Shown here: one piece after another, positions 54,273-64,000 of the stretch
Numbering within the stretch: position 1 is the first letter of the stretch
Layout: every line of letters starts with the position of its first letter
DNA from: Lytechinus pictus
Taxonomy: Eukaryota
Assembly (NCBI RefSeq): GCF_037042905.1
Contig: NC_087252.1
Coordinates: forward strand, 5,954,001 to 6,018,000
Length of the DNA stretch: 64,000 nucleotides
Direction of reading: 5' to 3'
Notes under the pieces: model-generated
What the model saw: the letters and a program-made list of their open reading frames with translations, nothing else
What the model was told of the DNA's origin: nothing
Databases searched by the model: none
Program-made: the position numbers and the translations under genes

Positions 54273-57200
54273 TAGTTAGAGGAGTAAACAATACTTGTTA
54301 TGCCCCATAGCGGTGCAGTGGGAACGCACCATAACCTTCAAACTGTCATTAAGAATGAAGTACTTTCTACTGCAGGTGGCAGTGAATGCCTCGATCAGAT
54401 ATGATTGCAGGAAAATAATGGCTTGTGGGATGTGGTGAAAAAGGCTAATGCTGGAAAATCAAATTAATTACTGACATGACAGCATTAATCACGAATATTT
54501 AGAATAAATCTTCCATGATGAATTAAATCACATTGTTTATACGATATACATGAGAGGAATGTTTGGCTGCATTTTTATTGAATTTAAATTAAATTTAGTG
54601 ATGGATATGTTTTGTAGTAATAAAGAGCCATCGCTGAATCAAGGGTAAAGTGACCACGAAGAAGGTCAAATGTAACACGCAAAAGGCATGATTTGACGCC
54701 GTAAGATTTTATAGATGTAATGATGATGGTGATGTTGCTAGAAGTGGTAAGATGAGGGCTATAGTGCGATGGGATATGATTATTTTAAAAATAACGTCTT
54801 CAAGAACAACTCAAACTTCCAATTTAATTTTCAATTTAAGTGCATTTCTGAATAGTCTCTATGCCAGTGGCGATGTGTGAACAATATTCTAACGGGAAAA
54901 AAAACATAGACCATTAAACGTTATCGCTGTACTATTATCACGATTGTACTCTAGTGGAAGTACTTCAGTTCAATTACCTTTAAAAAATCAAAATCTAATT
55001 TTCTACTCGTAATCGGTAAACGCCTTTACAATCTAATACTTAACGGTAGAACTTCCATTAGAAGGAAAGAAAATGTACTTTCTTCTTATATTCATTCTAT
55101 TCAATGTTATTCCGAGCCCCCCCCCCCCCCCATCAGATGATATCATGATAAATCTAAGATCAATAAACTCCTGAGGGTAATAGAGAGATTTTTTTCTACA
55201 CCGTGTTTACACATGCACTTTTTTCAAAGGCTCCTTGAAGGTTTCATTCATCCTCCTGCCTTGCTCATTTCACACTTAATATCCTGTTCCAAAAACACAT
55301 CGTCCAGCTCGGGACTCCGAAATGTTTTGTTGTAATTTGTATTTCAAATCTGTATGCTTGACTTAAGACTTCAAGGCAGGTGTTCTAATATTAATCACAT
55401 GCTTTTGTTAGTTACACACACAGAATGTGATAGTGTACACATTCTACCCACACGTACTGCAAATCCGATGTTAATTTGAAGTTAGCGGTTCTTAAAATAG
55501 GGGTAATTTTCTTTTTAAGTTGCGCTCAGGATGGGGGTAGAAGGGGCGTCACCCCTTGTGATTTCTGGTTTAAATATATAGAAATGTTTATTGATATCCG
55601 TACCAAGACTGCCTTTCAGTAAATTAGAAATAGAAAGGGCATTGATGTGCGATGATACCATTGATCGTAGTAAAAACTTAATGTGAAAAAGTTGATCAGT
55701 TTGAAAATGTAAAATAGGATTGTATTGATCACTAAATCGATTTCGGGATTTAACAATACCATATGCTTTATAATTATAGTTACCCCCTACCCATCCATAT
55801 CACCCTCTCCCTATAAGTGTGATTATTTGACAATCGAGTTCTCGATCACCAAAGGACGGATGTGTGTTTCCGGTCTCATACGCTCCAAAGTTTAATCCAC
55901 AACCCCGGGCTCATTCTGTGACATATACCTAGGCATAGTTCGCTAACCGGGGACGCATCATACCGCGTCACACACACACATACACAAAACATGACTTTTT
56001 AGAAATCCTAATTTTACCATATGAAACGGTTGGAAATAAGATGGCAAAATAATTAGCATGGTTACCTGGATCTTGGAGGTCCCGGCCTGTAAAGAGTCCC
56101 CGGTTGGTGGGTAAAATGCAAGCTAATGTCCCTAGTGGTAGGTCATTACAAACTTTTTTTCACACACACAAACCTCCGATCCCACCACCACCCCCTCCGG
56201 ACTAACAACCTGGCATTATAATGCCTCCTCAATGCTTACATGTGTCTTCGTGTATACTCAGCCAAGGTCTGGTGTATATTGTATCAATACACCCAGAAGT
56301 GGATACAACCTAAATCAAATGTTTGGAATTTGGGGAGACTGACCTTGGAAATGTGTGTTGGATTTCACATGGAAATGTGGATACTTTTCGTTTCAGGATG
56401 GCATTACCCGTTCATAATTGGCAAATGTCGATATTGAGCATTTTGTGAAGTTAACATTCATATTCCTCGCATGTCAACGTTGTCCAAGGTGTCAGCTTAA
56501 TATACACACAACGCCGTAATGAATGGAGCTGAAGCACTTAATTAGTTATGAGAATCTTATTTTAACTCCTCTTGGCAAGACAAGGTGATGAATAGAAGAA
56601 ACGAGTGAAAAGCAGGGGGAAGGAAAGGGGGAATGGGAAGAAGTAAGTGGATTTAGAACAACATCAATAACAAGGACGATGAAAAAGAAGAGGGATGGAA
56701 AATTTATGATGGTGGTGGTGTAAAGTATTGATCATAATGGTGTTGATCATCAATGTAATGATACTGATTATGACGACGACAATGATGGTGTAAATAAAAA
56801 GAACGATTAGAAATAAAGAGGTAAAGAGCAGAATGATGAGGTGTAGTAGAAGAAGCAGAAAGGGGGACAAATGGACACATTGAAATAAAGCAAAAGGTGA
56901 ATACGAAAAATAACTATATATATATGAGCATTGTCTATGTAAAAAGAAAACGTATGCCTACCTTGGATATATTTCCTGGAACAAACCGTAGACCTGAAAA
57001 AGACCAACAACAAAAAAAGAATGAGATTATTATCGTGTCATCATGGAGTTGCGCTAAAGTTATTAATGTTGGACATTGTCAAAAAGGGATAGCTGAGGGA
57101 GTGTTAACATTCTCCCAAGCGAACATCGGGTATTTCTTTAGTCAACACTATTAAAACGACAATAACGAGCACAAATACAACTAAAATGTATATGAAACAG

Positions 57201-59470
57201 TTTGACTGTTTTACTCTTCGTTCATGCAAAAATAACGTTTACATCCATTAACCAGTCATATTTTGATCAAGATTATTGTTGCGTGCAAATATTGTTTGTT
57301 TCCATAAGATTATCATTTATTTGTGACCACAATCCCACAGAGAATCACATATATTACAACTGCTAGTAGGATAGAAATTTGATCGTTGTGAAATTAATAC
57401 CACATCAGAAAATGAAAGAAAAAAAACCGTGATGGTCGTTTTTTGTGTGTTTTTTTTTTTACTTGGTTATTCAGAGTATTTTAACAACCGTTCATGATCC
57501 AATAACGGTATATCAAATGCCCATCACATTTTTCTTGTCCATATTTTATTCATCATTTTTATGTGGTTTTTGCAAACAATGTGGTACTGGTAAACAGTAA
57601 GCAGTACGATTGCAAATTGGTTGTAAATATGTATCAGTATGATAGCATAACTCGTTCAATTAAGTAACAAAATTAGCTTTAAATATCATTCAATGGTATT
57701 ACTTTTATACAATCATCGCTTAAATCTTCTTTTTTTTTTACAGCCAAACATTTTAACAAAGTAATTTATCATCGAGCAAGTGTGCATAGTTGTAAATTAA
57801 CATCACCAATTAACCAAACTTATAACATCATCATCATCAATAAATACAATATATATCTTTACATTTTAACTTTCATATTGATTTTATTAAAAAAAAGATA
57901 CCAATATAAAGATATCAAGAAAAGGGTTATGCCAAGGTTGAAATGGATATTTACGAATTGATAAAGAAACAACACAGAAAATCATTTTTTTAAATATAAA
58001 CCGCATTGGCATTTTCCTTGATCACAGTAACATCTGTGTGAATAAAAAGAACGGACCAAGGAAATGAATGACGTTGCTGGAAGTATATATAGTAGCATTG
58101 GGGAAACAAATTATACATTAATTATATTATTTACGGTTTTCATTTAGCGTGATGGCATAATCATGATAAAAAAAAACACCTCCCTTGTATTGTTTTTTTT
58201 CTTCGTCTTCTTATTTGAGGCTTAAAGTGGATCTGTCGTCCGATGAGCTGAAACGCGTATGAAACTTTTTGCGCATGCAAATTGTAGAAAAGTAGAGAGT
58301 TAAAACCGCCCTAAACGATTTCCGCAAGCGTTAAATCGATGTTGCTCTTCCAACACCATTCAACAGTTCATGTCATGGATAAGAACATCCCCCTCCCGAC
58401 CAAAAAATATATATGTAAATTAATAAATATATATAGACAAATGAAAAATACTAAATAAATAAATAAATAATACATAAACAAAAATTAATTAGTAAAATTG
58501 AGTAAATGAATAATGATAATTAATTAGTTAATTAATTTATATTAAAAAAAATGATACAGAATAGAGAAGGGAATACAAAACACTACTTAAGAAAGGTCTA
58601 CTTCTTGGGTCATGGAATTTCAAGTGATTTACTTCATGCCATTACCAGCCCTTAATTCGCATACCACAATTGACGAGCAAAACTCTGCAATGTCTCAACC
58701 TTTCCCAATCTGTATAAGATTCGATAAAATAGCGGATTTTTGTACATCACCTTTTTTTAATTATTATTTGAATCAGCTTCTCAATGCTGTTTAAGTCCTG
58801 TGTTGAAGGGCGTTTTTTAATTCTTCCCAAACAAACGTAATCTGAAAGTTACAAACTGGTTTATTGGTACGTATATAACCATGAACCAAGGTCCATAATA
58901 GAAGACAGTGAATCGGTGTCATAGCAGATGATATCCCTCTTGAATTATAACATGAAAATGACTCTGCGTTATGACTGCAAGCTATTCTGATACACGAGCA
59001 CCTAACAGATATGTGGGTTAATGACCACGAGTAAGATTCCATGTAGTTGATCATAGCGCCTTGGCGCCAAAAGTAAATTGCGCGGGAAGTATGGTATCAT
59101 TTAGTGTCTGCTTCATGTCACATGATTCAACTATAGTCATTAATCTCAGCAATATGATCAATGTAACTCGTCCTGATATGCAAATATAAGAAGCGAAAGG
59201 TTCGGCCACACTAACAGGTAAAATGTTATGTCAGGATCGACACGTTCGTTTTCATTCCGATTCTTGGATTATCATCTAAAGATTAGTGGTTACGTGAGTT
59301 GCGAAATATCACGAAAAAAAAATGTATAAAATTCATTTCCTGAACATCTTCAACTCACCATTCCTTGTCATGATGTATTAAAAAAAATATGAATTGTAGT
59401 GACATGTGTAACTGCGTTCAGGGGGAGGTGGTGGATAATTGTACGATTAGTAGCAGAGTAGGAAATCAAA

Positions 59471-59492
59471 TACTACTACCACCATACTACTT

Positions 59493-59524
<32 letters not shown>

Positions 59525-59603
59525 GCTGCTGCTAATACTACAATACTACTACTAATACTACTAATACAGTACTAATACTAATGCTGCTGCTGCTACTACT
59601 ACA

Positions 59604-59634
<31 letters not shown>

Positions 59635-59695
59635 AGTACTACTACTACTACTAATGTTGCTGCTGCTACTACTACTACTACTACTGCTACTACTT

Positions 59696-59727
<32 letters not shown>

Positions 59728-59790
59728 GCTACTGCTGCTGCTGCTGCTACTACTACAGTACTACTACTACTGCTACTACTACTACTACTA
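59471..59790 (+). repeat. Imperfect (TAC)n/(TGC)n microsatellite
   Basis: Direct reading. Confidence 0.97.
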
Positions 59791-59809
59791 ATATATCTAT
59801 CAAGACGTT

Positions 59810-59890
59810 TATAGGAGCGCCTTGAGCACCTACCAAGATAAATATATGCGCAAAATAAATACCCTATATTACTATTATTATTATTACTAA
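59810..59890 (+). mobile_element. L2-type LINE/SINE 3' tail remnant
   Basis: GAGCGCCTTGAGCAC...TGCGCAAAATAAAT followed by (ATT)n, matching the tail architecture at 46054 and 36301. Confidence 0.55.
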
Positions 59891-61795
59891 TAATAATAAT
59901 CATAATGATAAGAAGAAGAATATCACTACTACTGATAATAATTTTACTAGTTACTCGTTAAATAAGATTGATGTTAGTATCTTTGCCAGTTGTTCTTGTT
60001 GATTTCTTAGATTTTTTTTCTTTTAGGTTTCTGTGCGTTTGTTTTTCTCTTTTGTTTTACCTCTTCATCATTTACCTCGCATTCTTATAAAACAAAAAAC
60101 AATTGCGATGTCACAAATAATTCAATTTCACGATCATATTATTGATCGTCGTCTTCAATATAAATGGGATAAATACGATAAAGTAGTATATAGATATGTG
60201 TTTGCTCCTCTTATGATTTCGCCATAAATGGTCATCTGAACGTGTTTAATTGGTGAGGTTCGCAGCTATGCTATCAAGCTCTTATTTAGCCACTCTGGAA
60301 GAAAGTGCGATCTCTCTAATTAGACAGTTGTACGATCCCGCACGTAGTAATTTTCATTAACCATTGCAATTAACCCGTTGGCTACACGAGCTCAGCCTAC
60401 CCAACTTGTCTAAAAGCGGGATTGTAATAATATCAGACCCGATGGGTTATTAGTACTTCACTTATATGATGCAGAAACATTGTAGATGGGAGTCTAAAGC
60501 TAAATGGCCGCCTATCACATGCTAAGATAGTCAAGACGTTTGTGGTGCTCGCTACATGTACTTTATCTTTTTTGAAGACGGATTTGGGAGGAGGCAACTT
60601 AAAGACAGTGCTTTCCCATGCAGGGGACAATTTTCCTATACATACGCGACAAGTACGGGACCAGTTTTTTGTTCGCGTTGAGCCAGTAGCTTTCGCTCCG
60701 CGAAATATGGAGTATTCAAGAACACTGTAAATGTATTAAAAATGCCCTCAAATGACAATAAACAGCTGGAAGGTAGTTTTCGAAAATTTGTGAACCGAAA
60801 CAGCAGTTTCGTCCTAACTTTCGGAAGTGACGAAAAATTGCAAATCGTTTGACTTGGGGATTAAACTGCTATTTTGAATCATCAATTTCGACAAAGACTT
60901 CTCGGTTATCCATTACCATGACTGGCATTTGAGAATACATTTTCTTTGTTCTTGAATCTCTGTGCGTCGCTAAGCTACAATGTAAAACCCCGATAGTACG
61001 ATGGTATCAATTTTTTTTTAGGGGGGTTGCTGTTTCATTTGGGGCTGTTTTAAAGATTGACGATATATGTTTTGCAGTCAGAAGACTGAATGATTTTGGT
61101 TTTTAACCAAAGTTGATTTGGTATCGGGCTTTATTTTTCAATTTTTATGAAATGATTCCTTAGCATGCATGGGTTCGATTTATTATTCCCAAGACACGAA
61201 TCAAATGAAATTTACCTTTCTATCAGCAACAGCAAAACCATTTCATTTGCAATAGAATATGACAAAGCATGACATAGGAGGAATTCAAGGTCTTTCACAC
61301 GCGATAATAGTAATAAAAATTTATTGAAACTCTGGCTGACCAGCACTCAACTATATCGAAAGTGAACATCACGATACCGAAGAAAATGCAATTTAATTTA
61401 GCAGTTAATGGACATGAAAATAAAAATCAACCGACTCGATATAGTGAAATTGTATTATATACATGTATATATATATATAAATATATATATACATATAATA
61501 TATATATATATATTTCTCCATCAACCCTTATAAAAAGAGAATGTAATCTGAAAAATATCTTTTTTTTTAATAAAACGAATGGACACAATATATCCATCAA
61601 GATTCAAAAGAAATACTAAATGGGCGATATGAGTAGGATTGATAAGGAGTAACAGATGCATAGTGGTATCAGCTAAAGGAATGTGATAAGAAAGAAAATT
61701 TTATAAATTGCGAAGATATTCAATATGATACCGACGAGACCTAATGTATTTATCGGGTGACTTCTCCAAGAAGAAGAAAAACCCCTTGAAATATA

Positions 61796-61831
61796 CAGGG
61801 TGTTTATAAAAAAGGTAACCGAAACACCCTG
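61796..61831. mobile_element. Possible collapsed mariner-type mini-element (36 bp)
   Basis: TA|CAGGGTGTTT...AAACACCCTG|TT; 11-bp inverted repeat counting the flanking A/T. Confidence 0.45.
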
Positions 61832-64000
61832 TTTGAAAGAGGGCATATGAATTTGTTCATTTTTTTTTCTTTGACAGTTTCATTTGCTGATGCTAATGCT
61901 ATTGTCGTTAACATCAAATCCATAGTCTCCACGGGTAGGTTGCCACTAACATAAACAAGGATGGACGCAGTTAATCAACCCTGGAAAATAAACTAGAATT
62001 TTGTGCACTAGCAACCTTTATCTTGTGACTAGATTTGTTATCCTTTTTTGTAGTGAGTAACGAAGCTTCTCCCCAAAAAAAAAAAAAAAAAAAAAAAAAT
62101 CAGCATCTTCGCTTTTATGTTATTTTTTCTCCTGATGCGCTTGTTGTTCAAAAAGTGGAATAAACGATAGATCAGAAAAATATTCAAAAAAGGGGAAAAT
62201 GTTAATTTTGTCCTTGAAATGTCATATGTATATGGAATTCGTTTCCTTGACCAAGAAGACGAATCGACATCAAACTGTAATGTATGCGTTTATTATTTGC
62301 TTAGATATACTAGCTGTCATCGAACATATCATAAAAGATCAATAATACACAAATTTAAGATCATGGCTGCACTTTATTCGTCATTAGTGTCAACTCAAGG
62401 CATATTAACATGTCATTTGATACGAGCTTTGTCTAAAAGAGCCGAAGTGTACTTAAAAGATGTGAACAATATGCATCACAGGCATGAAAACATTCCTTTT
62501 CCTACTTACAAAATCAATTCACATTCAACATTTCAACCGGCGTTTGTTTTGTCCCTTTATCATGTTTATAGAGAAGCTGCAATGGCGGGCCTGCATGATA
62601 TCATGAATATACACTTGCATTCCGCACCCTACAGTGAATGTTCCTCTTCCTCATGAATCGCAAGCAGATAACTCTCCGTTGACATTAGATTAATTTTGTT
62701 CAGAGGCTTATACTTCTTCCATCTTGAAAGCTTCAACATTGACGCAGGGGTGCGTCAGCGGAAAGACCCAACGCCATCAAGGACTATTATGACACGTTAT
62801 TTTACTTGGAAAGCTGTATTAGAATAGATCGTGGTCAAGTGTTCAAACCATGACTTTTTGGTCCGTTTAAATAAAAACACATCTAAAACAAACTGGTAGT
62901 ATTATGTACAGAATAATACAAACGTTTCACTTTTAAGTCGACGCAAGCCTGTGTCATTAATGGGCTCATCGGGCAAAATGCATAATGTGAAATGGCCCTG
63001 AAGCATCCAACGCGTTGATCCTTTCCAATGGACCATCAGCGAAGAGAGAGAGGGATAAACGCTAAGAGAGATTTACGGCTTTACAAGACAACCAAGCTCG
63101 TCTGATCTCTCTCGTCTTCGAGCGAGAAAAGGACAAGGAAGATTTTCGACATATGTTTACGATATGTCTTGACGTGAATGTAGTTTAGATTGGCCAACAA
63201 AGTACAATGCCATCTCACGCTATTTGATGCTGTCAAGGTTGCCCCACTAAATTACGGGTAAATCTTGTCGATTTCAGATACGGGCGTGAGCAAGACACAC
63301 GTCCTCCTGATCTTCACCTTCCACATTCATCAGTGGGCGTCGTGGGCATAAAACATTTCGTCATGAATAGAAATTTTCATTTTCCATTTGCATGAAGCGT
63401 CTGATTAAAGCATAGCATAAAATAGAAATGAAAATTTCGCTCCATAAATGGTGTGTAAAGCTCCCCTTTATGTTTATCCTTAAATATTCAACAAATGAAT
63501 TTAAAACATCGATGTTAGTTCATGTAAAAATATACAATTTTAGAATGACTGATTTTAATTGTGGTTAATTAGCAGTTATGTGTTCGGATTCGACCCGACC
63601 TCGTTCAAATATACACATATTACCTCCGACAAAATGATAACAACTTCCAAATTACTTGCACATGATTAAACGCTTTATAAAGGGGGGAAACGAACGTCCA
63701 AAAAATAGAAATTGATTGGGAAATGCATAACAAATTTATTATTCCCGATCACTTCTTCTATATCATGACTATTTAACACTCAGATCATGAAATCATTAAA
63801 ATTCCTTTGACTTTACGGATATCAGGTATAACGATAAAGAGTTGAGTTTCGTTTTTCCAATGCAAGACGCCGGTTTTAATCACCGGCCATTTATCACGCC
63901 GCACTTTCCATTTTCTCTTTATTTTCAAAAGGAAATTCCAACTATTGACTATTGCAAAATATATCGTGGAACCTGCTTACAATCTAACTTTGATCATATT

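Noticed and set aside
58235..58266. Minimal hammerhead ribozyme (CCGATGAG-CT-GAAACGCGTA)
   Set aside because: Core reads CCGATGA rather than CTGATGA, and helices I and II cannot form.
62219..62656. 145-aa ORF
   Set aside because: No recognisable motif or splice context; an ORF of this length is plausible by chance in 64 kb.
63370..63438. Inverted repeat GAAATTTTCATTT...AAATGAAAATTTC as a MITE
   Set aside because: AT-rich, short, with no definable termini or TSD.

Overview
AT-rich animal genomic DNA with no recognisable intact protein-coding gene, rRNA, true tRNA gene or CRISPR array. All supplied ORFs are short, and are either low-complexity or lack family motifs, apart from a decayed LINE ORF2 C-terminus (46178-46447). 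The repeat style suggests a marine invertebrate, probably a sea urchin; this is an unverified inference. The window looks like a gene desert or very large intron. It is interspersed with non-autonomous DNA transposons whose termini and target-site duplications (TSDs) can be read directly: two copies of a ~945-bp Tc1/mariner-type MITE, a hAT element nested in another hAT element, a CAC/TA hairpin MITE nested in another, a modular foldback element, and PIF/Harbinger-like and TTAA-flanked MITEs. It also holds truncated LINE/SINE ends, microsatellites and polypurine tracts. Between the repeats are unique, CpG-retaining islands with homeodomain/TALE-type motifs that are candidate enhancers. I found no convincing new multi-gene system. 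The best leads are the foldback element, the nested transposons, one orphan exon-like segment and the candidate regulatory islands.
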